DNA of 45,511 bases, taken from positions 1 to 45,511 of IMG/VR virus record IMGVR_UViG_3300027693_000008; one strand, written 5' to 3'. Made by a program: the position numbers and the translations under genes. The DNA comes from a virus (Duplodnaviria > Caudoviricetes). Position 1 is the stretch's first letter, and each line of letters begins with the position of its first letter. Of the stretch, positions 11,106-22,684 are shown one piece after another. The notes beneath the pieces were generated by a model, which ran no database searches, had not been told where the DNA came from, and worked only from the letters and a program-made list of their open reading frames with translations.

Positions 11106-13403
11106 CTAGGACTCGAACTTGGCTTCTAGGCTGTCCACATAGACATAGCCAGTGGACTCGTTGCAGTAGCAGACGAACTCGACTTTCTTCGTCGCGTTCG
11201 GGATGTCGGCTTCGGGAATTACTTGAGAGAACGCCGTCCAGCTTTCTCCCGTGTAGGGTAGATCGGCGTTTCCGTCGTAGACGGTGATGGATTCAATGAG
11301 CGTTTCGCTTGTATCGTAGAATCGCACTTGGAACTCCCAATCGGCGGCAATCTGTGGATCGACTACTCGCACCTTAGAGTTGTCTACGTCAACGCCGATG
11401 ATGATCCCGCCTGTCTCGTCTGCCGCATCGAGGTCGCCCGTAAAGGCATAGCTGACTGTTTCAAGCACAGGCAGATCGGGGGCAGAGATATCCCAGTACG
11501 AGACGGAATACTTCGCGGCATCCGATCCCGCCCCGACGTTGACGAGGTATCCGCCCGACATGAACAAGGCGTCTGAGCCGGTGTAGTTAGGAGTCCCTGC
11601 CCCGCCGACTGCTGTTTCGTAGGCAATCGCGGTCGGGTCGGTGATGTTGAGGACAACGATCTTGTTCGCGTCGGTGCCGGAGTCGCAAGACACGTAGGCG
11701 AAGGAGCCGTTGAGGACAATCTTCTTCAGGCCGTCTTGACCATAGTGGCCGAGAACCGAAACGGCGGTCTTGTTGGATGCGTTGTACAGCGACACCCGAT
11801 TGGAACTTGGGTAGAAGTCGAATTCATGCAGACGCACCGTGGACGAACCAGTATCATCGTAGTAGAAGCGAACTCTTGCTTGCGTGACAACTTGATCCGT
11901 GAATGTCTTCGTGGTCCAGGTCTTGTCGGAGAATGTCCCGGAATAGACATCCGTCCAGGAAGATCCATCGTAGACATCGATGTCAATCAACAGATCGGTG
12001 CCAGTCTGCATCGCGTAAAACCTAATTCTGTCAGATGCGAAAGGCTGGCTGGGAATTAGAATAATGTAACTGCTCCACTGATAAGCCAAGGCCGTCGCAT
12101 CAGCATACGTCGCGGTATCATCGTCATACGCATTGGCTTCATTCGCCCAAGCGGAGTCTGGGTCAGAATGGCTGGTTGGTGATACCCAATCGTCCTTTGT
12201 GTCATCCACAGACACAGCGAGGATGTCATTGCGCACCATCGCTCTACGGAAGTCTGCCGTAGGAATAGAGACATCCTCTAAAAGATCGGTTTGCGTTGCA
12301 CCCGCTGGCGTCGTGATGTTGATCGTCTCGATGAATCCGCCGTTGGTGTCATCGTCGCAGCACGCGAAGACGTACCAGTCTCTTACCGCGAGTGCGGCCA
12401 ATCTCCCCGTCGCGTTCGCCAGTGTGTAGTCCTTGACGAGCGTCGGGCTTGCGGGGTCGGAGATGTCGTAGATGTAGAGATGGTTGCTTGTCTGATTTCC
12501 GCAGATCAGATAGTCACCGTAGATTTGGAATGGCTTTGAGCGGTGCGAGGTCGATCCGCTTGCGTCAATCGAGCCAATCTTGTAAGGCGCGGTTTTGTCA
12601 GTAACGTCCCACAGTTCGATGATGTCATAGCTTGCATTCTGACGAGCCACGGCCGCAATGTTTCCCGAGGCATCCGTGTAGGCAATCGGGGCACTCGTTG
12701 TTGCCACCGACGCCGACTCGGCTAGAGAGAAGGATGTACCCGACGACTTAGCCACTCCCGAAACAAGCAGGCCCTTGTTTGACATTGGGAGTTCAACCTT
12801 GTCGGAGATGGCCGATACACCCGTCCCCTGTCCCCGAATGCTCCAAGTTCCCTGGAAGGACTCTGTGACCCTCCCCCATCCCGCTTGTAGCGTCCAATCA
12901 TCCGGTATGTTGTCGCCGTCTTCATCAAGTATGAAGAACGGGTTGGGGACATAGTTCGATCGAGCGACTTCCGCCGCATCGGGCGTCGCGCTCGTCTCGC
13001 CCGAGGCAATAGACTGGTTGCCTGATTGATCGTAGGCTGTGACAACGAAGTAGGTTGTCGCGGTAGAGGGATGGCTATGGTTTGTAGTCTCAGTCTTCGA
13101 CCCCGCTACAACATAGAGCGCGTCGTAAGTCGCGCTGTTTGTGATGTCAATCCCGCCCGCATCCGAGTAGTAGACTCCGTACTCCTTGAAGTCTACGCAA
13201 GCCGTCCCATCCGAGTTGAGTGTTGGCGGGACAATAGAGAGCAGGATCGCGTTGGCCTTTGGACTGACTGAAACCGTGGGCGCGGCGGGAGCAAGAGAGT
13301 CCCCGGCAACGTCTATCTCGCCGGGATCGGACCAATCACTTGTCCCATCCTCGTTGATGTAGCCAACGGCAGCATCAAACAGCACCCAGTACAGACGATC
13401 CAT
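11106..13403 (-). CDS. tail tip/receptor-binding protein (FN3-like, carbohydrate-binding-like and LVIVD-like repeats)
   Basis: [16 protein letters not shown]3 strand; NPFF..D.D.IPDDW CBM-like start; [10 protein letters not shown] / LNITDPTA repeats. Confidence 0.7.
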   Translation of the reverse strand: MDRLYWVLFDAAVGYINEDGTSDWSDPGEIDVAGDSLAPAAPTVSVSPKANAILLSIVPPTLNSDGTACVDFKEYGVYYSDAGGIDITNSATYDALYVVAGSKTETTNHSHPSTATTYFVVTAYDQSGNQSIASGETSATPDAAEVARSNYVPNPFFILDEDGDNIPDDWTLQAGWGRVTESFQGTWSIRGQGTGVSAISDKVELPMSNKGLLVSGVAKSSGTSFSLAESASVATTSAPIAYTDASGNIAAVARQNASYDIIELWDVTDKTAPYKIGSIDASGSTSHRSKPFQIYGDYLICGNQTSNHLYIYDISDPASPTLVKDYTLANATGRLAALAVRDWYVFACCDDDTNGGFIETINITTPAGATQTDLLEDVSIPTADFRRAMVRNDILAVSVDDTKDDWVSPTSHSDPDSAWANEANAYDDDTATYADATALAYQWSSYIILIPSQPFASDRIRFYAMQTGTDLLIDIDVYDGSSWTDVYSGTFSDKTWTTKTFTDQVVTQARVRFYYDDTGSSTVRLHEFDFYPSSNRVSLYNASNKTAVSVLGHYGQDGLKKIVLNGSFAYVSCDSGTDANKIVVLNITDPTAIAYETAVGGAGTPNYTGSDALFMSGGYLVNVGAGSDAAKYSVSYWDISAPDLPVLETVSYAFTGDLDAADETGGIIIGVDVDNSKVRVVDPQIAADWEFQVRFYDTSETLIESITVYDGNADLPYTGESWTAFSQVIPEADIPNATKKVEFVCYCNESTGYVYVDSLEAKFES

Positions 13404-13996
13404 TACAATCCCATCGTGGTTACGGCAAGGGTAAAGCCAGTTACGTCCTGGTTCCCGTTATTCGTGACGCGGGCCTTCATGTAAAGGGGAACGGGGGAGA
13501 TGGGCTGAGAGTGATGCTGGAAAGAGTGGGCCGATACCGATCCATTCTGTGTTGCTGCCCCGGCGACGCTCCCAGTCAACGCCCCATCATTTGACATCGT
13601 GCCCGTTTGATCTTCCAGATAGATAACCCCCGCAGCAGTATTGAGAGCAAACGTACCGCTGGTGATCGTCCAGCCAGCAACCGTTCCAGTGCCCGCTGCT
13701 GCCGCCGTTACCGTCTCGCCTAGAATCCATTCCACGGTCCCCGCGTCATACCCAACCTCAACGCACTGCCTGATGTCGTACTTGAACCAACAGCGGTCGT
13801 CATAGGTCGAGTTGTCGTCGCTCGGATAGAGATGCACTGTCAGTCCATCAGTCGTCGCGGCATTGAATGTGCCGTCAGCGACGATAGAGAATTGCACTAC
13901 CCGGCTTAGATCAATCGCCGTGCAGGATGCAAGGAGAGTGGTTTCCCCTGCGAGGATTGTGCAACTAGAGATCAACGTCGTCTTCGTTTTGTTCAT
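13403..13996 (-). CDS. putative minor tail protein
   Basis: Position in tail-tip operon, translational coupling, beta-rich composition. Confidence 0.55.
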   Translation of the reverse strand: MNKTKTTLISSCTILAGETTLLASCTAIDLSRVVQFSIVADGTFNAATTDGLTVHLYPSDDNSTYDDRCWFKYDIRQCVEVGYDAGTVEWILGETVTAAAAGTGTVAGWTITSGTFALNTAAGVIYLEDQTGTMSNDGALTGSVAGAATQNGSVSAHSFQHHSQPISPVPLYMKARVTNNGNQDVTGFTLAVTTMGL

Positions 13997-13997
13997 G

Positions 13998-15530
13998 CTA
14001 CCCTCCCAGGGCAGACCAGTCTTCCGCTCTCACCTGTACGGACACGGACTTTCCTACGGGCAACCCCTTTACCACCAGGCGCGGTTCAGCGGTTGTGATT
14101 TCCGTCCAGTTCTCCGCGCCACGGATCTTGTAGCGCCATCTGTACCCGGCCAGATCCCAGTTCTTGACGGGGGTAGTCGTCGCCTCAAGAATTGGGACTT
14201 CCGCACCCGTCGACGAATCCGTCCCCCAGTAGGACTTGAGCGTCGGAGTCTCTGGCTGATCGGGGCGCTTGCCGTCCCCAGACATATACGCCAACTGAAG
14301 ATCCTTGCGGACATCGGGGTTACGAGCATCGGCGGCAAGCCACGTCTGGAATCGCCCAATCACTCGATCCGCCGTCCCGGTGATGTTCATTGTCCCAACC
14401 TGATTCTCTACAGACCACTCCCAGGAGATTGAAGTGACTCCGACATTTACTGTGTAGTCGCGGCCAATGAATGCCAACAGATCGTGAACCTCTGCCCCTG
14501 GATGAATGTACGGAACCTCGATCTCGACATTGGGCGCAGGCTCTTTGAGATCGGATAGGATGTACTCAGCAAGCGACTGCGCCTCGGCCTGAGTGTCAAT
14601 CAGCGAGTGGCGGTCGCTCGTTCCCTCGGCGGCATACCACATCGTTTTGTGAATGCGCCCACCAACACCATTAGGAATCCCGTACTTGTCACGCGCCGTC
14701 TCGCTCTCTGCTTGAACGGACAGGATCGTTCCATAGTTCCTGTTTCTGTATCGGACAACGACCTTCGTCCTTACATCCTGCTCATTCACGTCAATGCTGC
14801 GCGAACGGAAGTCGCTGGCGAAGGAAGCGTCGGCTACTGTCTTCGTCCTCTCTGGATCGTACACACAAGGCCGGAACGCCGTCGAGTACCATGTCATGCG
14901 GAAGATGAATCCCGTGGGTTCGAGCAAACTCTGCATGGCCTCCCACAGGTTCGTCTCTCCAGTGCTGTACTCGTCAATGTGGTAGTTGGCCGCATCAATC
15001 TCTACGACGGAGTCGTTCGTTCCCTTGAACCCCTGATCCTCCATCATCTGCGAGCAGATAGAGACGGCATCGGCGTCCGTGTATGTGAGCGGATCGTACC
15101 AGTAGTGTTCCTTGTAGCGGAACGATTCATCTACCGGAGACACTTCCACTACATCGTCGCCGTTGATGTCAACGAAGCACGATACAGTCCCTGGTCCGAC
15201 GCGGCCCTCAAACACAGTGTACCAAGTTGACCCACCATTCTTTGACACCTTGAGGTAGCACTCGTGGTAATGTCCGAGCAAGGGAGAACTTGACACATAA
15301 TACGAACTCGTGGTATCGAGCGGATCGAGTGAGTCGTTCGTCCCGCTTACCCATCGCTCATAGTTGTTTCTGAGCTTGACGGTGATCGAGCAGGAATCAG
15401 ATTCCAACTCGTCCGAGTAGGAGATCCCAAATACCCTGGCGCTAAGATCCTGCCAACTTCCGGCCTCGTCCTTGACCCGGAAGTCTATGCTCATGTTGCC
15501 GCGAGTGGTGCCGCCGGTAATGGTCCTCAT
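13998..15530 (-). CDS. tail tip/baseplate hub-like protein with C-terminal FN3-like domain
   Basis: Directly follows tape measure (ATGA overlap); S..ARDKYG motif; VQVRAED strand. Confidence 0.65.
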   Translation of the reverse strand: MRTITGGTTRGNMSIDFRVKDEAGSWQDLSARVFGISYSDELESDSCSITVKLRNNYERWVSGTNDSLDPLDTTSSYYVSSSPLLGHYHECYLKVSKNGGSTWYTVFEGRVGPGTVSCFVDINGDDVVEVSPVDESFRYKEHYWYDPLTYTDADAVSICSQMMEDQGFKGTNDSVVEIDAANYHIDEYSTGETNLWEAMQSLLEPTGFIFRMTWYSTAFRPCVYDPERTKTVADASFASDFRSRSIDVNEQDVRTKVVVRYRNRNYGTILSVQAESETARDKYGIPNGVGGRIHKTMWYAAEGTSDRHSLIDTQAEAQSLAEYILSDLKEPAPNVEIEVPYIHPGAEVHDLLAFIGRDYTVNVGVTSISWEWSVENQVGTMNITGTADRVIGRFQTWLAADARNPDVRKDLQLAYMSGDGKRPDQPETPTLKSYWGTDSSTGAEVPILEATTTPVKNWDLAGYRWRYKIRGAENWTEITTAEPRLVVKGLPVGKSVSVQVRAEDWSALGG

Positions 15531-18500
15531 TGCCAGCGTCTCCCACCGGGACCGCCCGTTGCTCGATTCTCTCGCGTGGCGTTGACCTTGTTCACGGCCT
15601 TGGCCGCAACGCGCCCGTCAAGCATCACGTAGCTTTCTAGGGTGAATCCACCGACACCGGCTGCCGCGAGGCTTGCCGTCTTCGCCGGGAGGACATACTC
15701 GTGCTTGTGGAGGTAGGCTAGACCCTCGGTGAGGGTAAAGCCGCCCTTCTTCATCCCCGGAATGGTCCATCCATAGTTTGTCTTTAGATAACTCTTTGCT
15801 GCTGCCTTCGTAGACGATCCGGCATAGATTGCCGCTTCCAGTGCCTTGAAAAACGCCGTGGCATTGACGCCAGCCTTGTTGACGTTGCTGATGATTGTCG
15901 AAACTTGCTTGCCCGTGTAGCCGAAGAAAGCAAGCGCGGTACTGAGACGCCCGGTGCTCTTATAGGCCGCCGTAGCGGCTGTGCTGGTGGAGGAGGCGGT
16001 CGGAGTCTTGGCTACAGTAGTTGTACTGGCAGCCTTTGAGCCAGTAGACGTATCCGATGTCGCGAGGGCGGCTTGCGATGTCGATGGGGATATGCTTGGG
16101 TCATATCCTGGCAGTCCGGCGAGAAGATCCCCGCCGTATTGATTCATCGCTTGTTCTTGCCACCACTCCGGCATTGCCTCGAATTGGTCAATCTGGCCCT
16201 GGTACTGCTGAAGTTGCGCTACGAGGTTGCCTAGATAGGTATCAAGGAGCCAAGTCAGCGCAGTCTTGATGGAGTCCCAGTTGTCATTGATCCATTGAGC
16301 AACTTCACCAAGAAACTCGATCAGCTTGCCTCCGAATTCCTTGATCGAGTTCCAGGCATCGCTCTTGATCCAATCCCAGCCCGGACCCTGGAATAGGTCA
16401 ACGAGATCCTTGAAGGACTCCCAAAGAGCAGTGCCCCATTCCTGCAACTGCGGGAATACTTCTGCCTGTAGGAATGGATCAACCTCTGTCTCCCACCACT
16501 CGCCAAAGCCGCCGAACATCTCGGTCAAGTCGGGAACAAGATTCTCATTGACCCAGACGGCAAATCCGGTTAGGGCGGAAATGACGGTGGCGAGGACTGG
16601 CGTCAATGCCTTTCCGATGCTGTCGAGCAATGCTGGAAGGCTGTCACCGAATATGCCAATTTGCACCGTTAGATCGGCTAGCCCAGGGATCAACTCCGTT
16701 GTCATGTCGAGGGTCATGTCGCCAAGCCCCTCGAAGAAACCGAAGATCAGATCCCCGATTCCTTGCACGATCACCGGAAGCTTCTCAGCCAGTTGCGGGA
16801 TCAACTCTTCTCGGATGCGGTCGGCAAGGGTGGAGAATGCCTCTAGCGCCTCGTTGAGCGGCTTGTCTAGGCCAACAGCAATTGCCCCGAACAGAGCGGG
16901 TAGCTCATCGCCAATCTTGCCCATGGCGAGAGCAAACTTCTCCAGATTGGGAAGGGTATTGATGAGCGTATCAACAAATAGTGTGGCAACGCCCGTTACC
17001 GCCCCAAAGAAGAAATCGAGTGCGCCAGAGATAACTCCAGGCAGATGCTTCTCCAGAAGCGGGAGGAGATCGCTCTGGATCTTTTCTCCTAGTGCGAGCA
17101 AGTTCTTCCCGAATTTCTCTAGTGACGGGAGAAGCCCCTGAAGAATTGCTGGGCCAAGCGCCTCGGCCACATCAGCCATTAGATTGATGAAGTCCTTGAA
17201 CGGCTTGATGGCAGAGGCGATGGCCTCAGAGAACTTGTCAAGAAGGGTTGTGACCCAAGCGGGCAACTCTCCCGTTCCCGATCCAGTTGGGACTCCCGGC
17301 TCTCCCGGTCTTGCCGCCTTCCATTCGGCCCGAGTTACCTTGTAGCCGCTGGGGACGTTGAGGCTGTTGAGAGATTCCGTGGCTTCGTCCGTAACGCCGA
17401 TTAGCTTCTCAAGGACCGCGACAACGGGCCACAGGAAGCCAAGCAGGGCGTTGAAGACTTCGGTCAGGATATTGGAGAGAGCCGACTGGATTCTCTGGTA
17501 CTGTTCCGTGTTACGGATGATGTTCGCAAACTGCTCGGCTAGTCTAGTAGCCACAGCGAGAAGGGCAGAGAACGCCTCTGGGATTCTGCGCAGGAGGGGC
17601 ATGATCTGGCCGATGGTTTTCCCGATGATGACAAATGGCTTCGTCAGAGACTCAATCGCCTCATCCGCCTTTTTCTGCATGGCTGCTTGAACTTCAGAAA
17701 CAGCCATGGCGAGGAAGTTGACAACCGTAGTTACGATTGACATCCCGCCCGAAGCCTGGAACTCCTTCAACCCGCCCACTAGCGTCTCAAGTCCCGCCCC
17801 GAATCCGCCCTTCGTAAACATTCCCTTGAGGCCGGACCACATGGTCTGGAGGGAACCAAGAACGGTTGCCTTGACTCGCTCCTCTTCTTCTTTCTGTGCC
17901 CTGGCAGGCATCTCGATCTTGAAGTCAAGGCCGTCAAATGCATCCTTGATGGCCTTGCTGATGGCGTCGCATACTGCCCCTGTATCGAGCCCTTCCGTGG
18001 GCGCGGGGACAAACGGTTGCCACTGGGCCATCGTCTCAGGCCCAGTTGACGGATACTGTGTTCCTTGCGGGAAGGCAGCGGGCAACCCAATCGCGGCGGC
18101 CTCGGTCGCAAATGCGTTCGTCTGGGCTGGGAACGCTGTCCTTTGCGCCTCAATCTGCGCTTGGACTTCCAGCATCTTGTCCCAGAGTTGCTGTTGTAGG
18201 GCTAGTTCCTCGGGGCTTGCAGTAATAACCGGGATGGTCGATACTTGAGGGACGGCAGTTACTCCAGACGCTTCCGCAGTTAGCCCCTCAATCGCTTGCC
18301 GAGCAGATCGAATGGCAGCAATCAGGGTGGCGACCGCCGCGCCAATCGACCCAGCAAGGGCGTTGGCCTCGGCGACAATGCTTGTCGTATCTGCTCCGCC
18401 GACATTCCCGAATCCGGTTACGCCGTAAGTTGATCCGCCAGCCCATGCCGCGTCAAAGGCGTTGCCCGTCCCGGCAAACCCGCCCGCTGGTGCCCAGCCC

Positions 18501-21500
18501 ATGTTTGCCATTAGGCTCGGGAGTTGATCGAGCGGGATGATGGCTTCAGGGCCAGCCTCGCCAATCATAGCCAGAGTGGCATCAGTGGTGATTCCGCCCT
18601 CGGCCAGTTTCGGGGTGGTAAGATTTCCAAGACCCTTGCCGCCCCAGTTGGCACTAACAACAGACCCAGCCAGAGAGACTAGCTTCGTCAGGAATTGGCC
18701 GAACTTGCCAGGGAACAACGTCGTGATGAGTGTGTTGAGTTCGTCAGCAAACTCCTTGAAGGCATAGCGAAGAACCGTCAGCGTCGACGATGCGCCCTCA
18801 ATCGCGCCCCGGAACTCATCCAGTGTCAACTCGTACTTCGACGCGTCGTAGCCAAACACCTGGAGTTGAGCAATCTGCTCCTCCATTTGCTTGACGAGTT
18901 CCTGCTCCATTTCGTGCGCGGCCCTCATGTCCTCTTCGACAAAGGCGCGGATCTTCTTTCCGGCCTCGGCGGGGCTAGATAGAATGTCCTCCCAGCGCAC
19001 TTTCGCAGCGGCTTGCTGCAACTCCGATCCAGTTGCCTCAAACGCCGTCTCGACTTGCTTCTTCAACTCCTCCAGGGCGTAGACCAAGTCCTTGTTCTTG
19101 CCACTGATGGAAATAAGGCCGTCGAGGGCAGACTCAAGGCCGCTCTTTGCCCCCTGGATCATCGAGAGGACATCCTGAGCGGACATCCCAAGCGGTGCGC
19201 CCTCTGCCGCTAGTTCGTGGAAGCGGTCGGCTAGGCTCTGGATCTCTTTCGCCGCACCAACAAAGTCTCCGCCACGGAGCGCCTTAGTAATCGGCGTCTC
19301 AAACATGGAGCGGAAGGCTTCCTGTTGAGCGGCGTAGGCTTCATCAAGAGATTGCTGGGCATCGTCACATGCCTTCTGAGAGGCGGCTTTCTGCTTATCG
19401 GCAGCATCCTTAGCGGCTCGGTTTGCCTCTTCCTGCAACTCGGCATTCGTCTTCCCTGCGGCTGGGAAGTTGAGGGCATCTTGGTAAGCCGACTTCATGC
19501 TGTCGTATTGAGCCTGAGTCATCTGCTCAACAAGGCGCTGATTATTCAGGATGCGCTCGAATCTCTCAGCATAGTTGCCGCCGTAAGATGTGATCGCCTC
19601 GTATTGAGAGAGAATGGTATCCCACTCGCCTACAGTAGTGGCGGCTTCTGCGCTTCTTCCGATCTGTTGGAGCAAGGAATCAATCCCGGCTACGAGGCCA
19701 CTGAGATTGATCCGCGCGATCTTCGCGGCAAAGTCTTCCGCTGCGGCAGCGCCAGCATCAAGCGCAGTAGCAAGTTCTTTTGCCGCGCTCTCCGAAAGAT
19801 TGAGAGATGTCTGGAAGAACTTCTGTGCGCTTACTCCCTCATCTAGCTCCCCAGACAGCTCCTTCAACTTTCCGTAGAAGTAGAGGATTGCTTCCTTGGA
19901 ACTGGAGTGGGCGAGGGCGGCGTCTCGTAGTTTGGCGATGAAGTCGTCAAGGTCGATCTGCCCGGACGAGAACTGACCGCTCAGAACCTTCCACGAATCC
20001 GCGAGAGGATTTGCAACGTCGCCAATACGGATACCCGCCGCCTCGATTGTGGCGACTAGGCCAAGGAGGGCATCCTTGAACAGAGAATACGCCGGATCGG
20101 AAGCAAGTTCAGTGAGCGCCTTGCCAAGCGACTGGAGCGACTGTCCCGCCGTGATGCGGGTCTCCATCGTCGCCCCATTCTTCCAGGTGTCAACGAGGGC
20201 GGCGATCTGTTGCTTCCACGTCTGGGCGAGTTGCGGATCGACCAGGGCCTGGAGTTCGTCAGCGAATGCTTGTATCGCATCTGCGCTGGACAATCCGCGC
20301 AATCGAGCGATCTCTGCCCGTTCAGCCCAAAGATCGGCGGACTTAGTCAGCAAATCCCAGATTTCGACTGCCCGCTCGTTTGTGACACTCCCCGATCCAA
20401 GTTCATCCCAAAGAGCCTGGAAGTCCTTTCTGGCAGCGACAATGCTGGCGTTAGAACCGAAGAACTTCCCGAGTCCGCCGGTTGTGGTTGCGAACTCAGC
20501 AATGCCCTGCGTAAGGTTCTTTGTAGGCGTCTCCCCGAGCATGAAGGCATCGAACAACCCAGAAACAGAATTAGTGGTGAGATCAATCGCATTCGTCGCC
20601 GCATCGAAGGCTCCGAATACTGACGGCTCTGAGATGTCGCCCAACGAAGACGCAATGTTTGTCAGCGGGCCGACTGTCCCGGTAGCTGCATCAGAGAGGC
20701 TCGCTAGTCCTGCACCGGCCAGGCGCAGTTGCTCGGCAACAGCGGAATACTGGTCTGCATTCAGTGAGAACGTGCCGCCAAACATCCCGCCAGATTGGTA
20801 GAACGTGTTCTTGAGGTAACTCGTTAGTTCGGCAATCAGCTTTGTGCGTGCTTCTCTGACAGAGATACCCAGGTTGTCAGCGAAGACGTTCAGGCTATCA
20901 CCAGCATCAATTGCGGCAGCGGCAAAGTCTTGTAGGGAGCCCGCCGCATTTACCCCAGATGGAAGGCTGGCCCCAGTCTCGCTCCACGGAGTTACTGTGC
21001 CAAACTTTGCGGGTAGAGGTACTCCGTAATCACGGAACCTCTTGATGGCCTCCTCGCGCAGAGACGCTTGTTCTACCCCGCTCTTTCTAACCTCGTGAAT
21101 GACATAGATGGTCAGTGCGCCCGCACCAGCTGTTATCGCGCCGATTACTGCGCCGGGGATTCCGCCGAATATGGCTCCAGCGATGATCGGGCCAAGCGCC
21201 TCCATAATGGCTGTCTTCGCCTTTTCAAGGCCAGAGACTTTGACATCAAACATGATCTCGAAATCGAGAAGACCTTTGATGCCCGCGCCAATTCCCAAAG
21301 CGCCAAGAAGACCAAGTCCAGCACCTTTGAGTAATCCAAGGCCCGTGATATCCCCGCCGAGTTTAGATAGGGCAGCCCCGATTCTCGCCGCCCACAATGG
21401 CATGTCCGCGATGGACTTGGCGGCGAATACAGCTGCGAGTTTCGCCCACGCCTTTGTCAAGCCGATAGTCGCCAGCGTGACAGTTCCAAGAACCGTGGCG

Positions 21501-22666
21501 AGTGCCACAAGTTGCTGCCCGCCGATCTGCGCAAGGAATTCGGAGACATAGGCCAGAGGGGTCAACATTGCGTTCAGCGTCTTCAAGAAGGCCCCGATCG
21601 CTGGGACAAGCATCTGGCCGAACGAGATAGCAAGGTCGTTGAGCCGTACCTTCATGTTCTGAATCTGATACAGCCACGAAGATGTGACCTTCTTGAACGC
21701 TGTGTCGGCAGCCCCAGCCGAATTTCCTACACGCTGCAAGTCCTGCGCATACTCATCCGCCGCCGTCGAGGTCAAAGGCAAAACGGCAAGCACGGCACGG
21801 ATGTTGGAGAACAGCGTCTCCATTTCAATCCCAGCCGAGTTGCCGTAGTCAACAAGGGCTTGCAGCGATTTCGCAAAGCCCAACGTCTCGACCATCGAGC
21901 GGCCCGTCGTGTAGCCCAGCGATGTAATCGCTGTTTGCAGCGCCTTCGACGGGCGCAGAATCTGGAACAGCGATTGGCGGACGGCGGTGACGGCGGTGTC
22001 GGTGTCAATTCCGAGACGGGTAAGAGTGGCGATGGCGGCGGAGACTTCTTCTAGGCTCGCCCCAACAGGGGCCGCGACGCCAGCGAGTCGGCCAAACTCC
22101 GTAGCCAACTCGTTCATGGTCACTTTGCCGTACAGAACTGTCTGGAAGAGCACGTCATTGACATGCGCTGACTTCTCCGCGCTCATGCCATAGGCATTGA
22201 GAACAGTCGTCATCATGTCAGCAACGGTGTAGACATCCGTCATGCCCGCCGCTGCGCCCTTGGCAGACTCTTTCAAGATCGTCAGAGCTTCGGCCCCGTA
22301 GAATACGCTCTGGTTGATCTCGTAGAAGGCGTGCTGGGCCTCGGTCGAGGTCATGTTGAACTGCCGGGCTAGGTTGCGGACCTCCCCGCCTAGTGCCCGC
22401 AGTTCTCCCGTTGTGAGGTCGCCAGCAACGGCCCATGTTGCCCTCAACTGTTGGTTGAAGCTCAGGGCCGCGCCGGTTGTCGCATCGAATGCCTTCTTCA
22501 AGGCATAGAGGCCCGTGGCAGCGATGGTGAACCGGCCGAGGTTCGCCATAACGCCGTCTACCTGCGTACCAAACGCCTTGAATGAGCCGAGCGTCCCCGC
22601 GAGAGAACGCTTCAGCGCACTATCGTCAACGGTAATGGGAAGTACGGCACCGCCGTAATCGACCAT
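15527..22666 (-). CDS. tail tape measure protein
   Basis: 2379 aa, Ala/Gly/Leu-rich helical; TP901-type N-terminal domain; AEGG...GEAGPEAIIPL motif; follows the tail chaperones. Confidence 0.95.
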   Translation of the reverse strand: MVDYGGAVLPITVDDSALKRSLAGTLGSFKAFGTQVDGVMANLGRFTIAATGLYALKKAFDATTGAALSFNQQLRATWAVAGDLTTGELRALGGEVRNLARQFNMTSTEAQHAFYEINQSVFYGAEALTILKESAKGAAAGMTDVYTVADMMTTVLNAYGMSAEKSAHVNDVLFQTVLYGKVTMNELATEFGRLAGVAAPVGASLEEVSAAIATLTRLGIDTDTAVTAVRQSLFQILRPSKALQTAITSLGYTTGRSMVETLGFAKSLQALVDYGNSAGIEMETLFSNIRAVLAVLPLTSTAADEYAQDLQRVGNSAGAADTAFKKVTSSWLYQIQNMKVRLNDLAISFGQMLVPAIGAFLKTLNAMLTPLAYVSEFLAQIGGQQLVALATVLGTVTLATIGLTKAWAKLAAVFAAKSIADMPLWAARIGAALSKLGGDITGLGLLKGAGLGLLGALGIGAGIKGLLDFEIMFDVKVSGLEKAKTAIMEALGPIIAGAIFGGIPGAVIGAITAGAGALTIYVIHEVRKSGVEQASLREEAIKRFRDYGVPLPAKFGTVTPWSETGASLPSGVNAAGSLQDFAAAAIDAGDSLNVFADNLGISVREARTKLIAELTSYLKNTFYQSGGMFGGTFSLNADQYSAVAEQLRLAGAGLASLSDAATGTVGPLTNIASSLGDISEPSVFGAFDAATNAIDLTTNSVSGLFDAFMLGETPTKNLTQGIAEFATTTGGLGKFFGSNASIVAARKDFQALWDELGSGSVTNERAVEIWDLLTKSADLWAERAEIARLRGLSSADAIQAFADELQALVDPQLAQTWKQQIAALVDTWKNGATMETRITAGQSLQSLGKALTELASDPAYSLFKDALLGLVATIEAAGIRIGDVANPLADSWKVLSGQFSSGQIDLDDFIAKLRDAALAHSSSKEAILYFYGKLKELSGELDEGVSAQKFFQTSLNLSESAAKELATALDAGAAAAEDFAAKIARINLSGLVAGIDSLLQQIGRSAEAATTVGEWDTILSQYEAITSYGGNYAERFERILNNQRLVEQMTQAQYDSMKSAYQDALNFPAAGKTNAELQEEANRAAKDAADKQKAASQKACDDAQQSLDEAYAAQQEAFRSMFETPITKALRGGDFVGAAKEIQSLADRFHELAAEGAPLGMSAQDVLSMIQGAKSGLESALDGLISISGKNKDLVYALEELKKQVETAFEATGSELQQAAAKVRWEDILSSPAEAGKKIRAFVEEDMRAAHEMEQELVKQMEEQIAQLQVFGYDASKYELTLDEFRGAIEGASSTLTVLRYAFKEFADELNTLITTLFPGKFGQFLTKLVSLAGSVVSANWGGKGLGNLTTPKLAEGGITTDATLAMIGEAGPEAIIPLDQLPSLMANMGWAPAGGFAGTGNAFDAAWAGGSTYGVTGFGNVGGADTTSIVAEANALAGSIGAAVATLIAAIRSARQAIEGLTAEASGVTAVPQVSTIPVITASPEELALQQQLWDKMLEVQAQIEAQRTAFPAQTNAFATEAAAIGLPAAFPQGTQYPSTGPETMAQWQPFVPAPTEGLDTGAVCDAISKAIKDAFDGLDFKIEMPARAQKEEEERVKATVLGSLQTMWSGLKGMFTKGGFGAGLETLVGGLKEFQASGGMSIVTTVVNFLAMAVSEVQAAMQKKADEAIESLTKPFVIIGKTIGQIMPLLRRIPEAFSALLAVATRLAEQFANIIRNTEQYQRIQSALSNILTEVFNALLGFLWPVVAVLEKLIGVTDEATESLNSLNVPSGYKVTRAEWKAARPGEPGVPTGSGTGELPAWVTTLLDKFSEAIASAIKPFKDFINLMADVAEALGPAILQGLLPSLEKFGKNLLALGEKIQSDLLPLLEKHLPGVISGALDFFFGAVTGVATLFVDTLINTLPNLEKFALAMGKIGDELPALFGAIAVGLDKPLNEALEAFSTLADRIREELIPQLAEKLPVIVQGIGDLIFGFFEGLGDMTLDMTTELIPGLADLTVQIGIFGDSLPALLDSIGKALTPVLATVISALTGFAVWVNENLVPDLTEMFGGFGEWWETEVDPFLQAEVFPQLQEWGTALWESFKDLVDLFQGPGWDWIKSDAWNSIKEFGGKLIEFLGEVAQWINDNWDSIKTALTWLLDTYLGNLVAQLQQYQGQIDQFEAMPEWWQEQAMNQYGGDLLAGLPGYDPSISPSTSQAALATSDTSTGSKAASTTTVAKTPTASSTSTAATAAYKSTGRLSTALAFFGYTGKQVSTIISNVNKAGVNATAFFKALEAAIYAGSSTKAAAKSYLKTNYGWTIPGMKKGGFTLTEGLAYLHKHEYVLPAKTASLAAAGVGGFTLESYVMLDGRVAAKAVNKVNATRENRATGGPGGRRWQ

Positions 22667-22684
22667 GTAACCTCACACGGGCTG

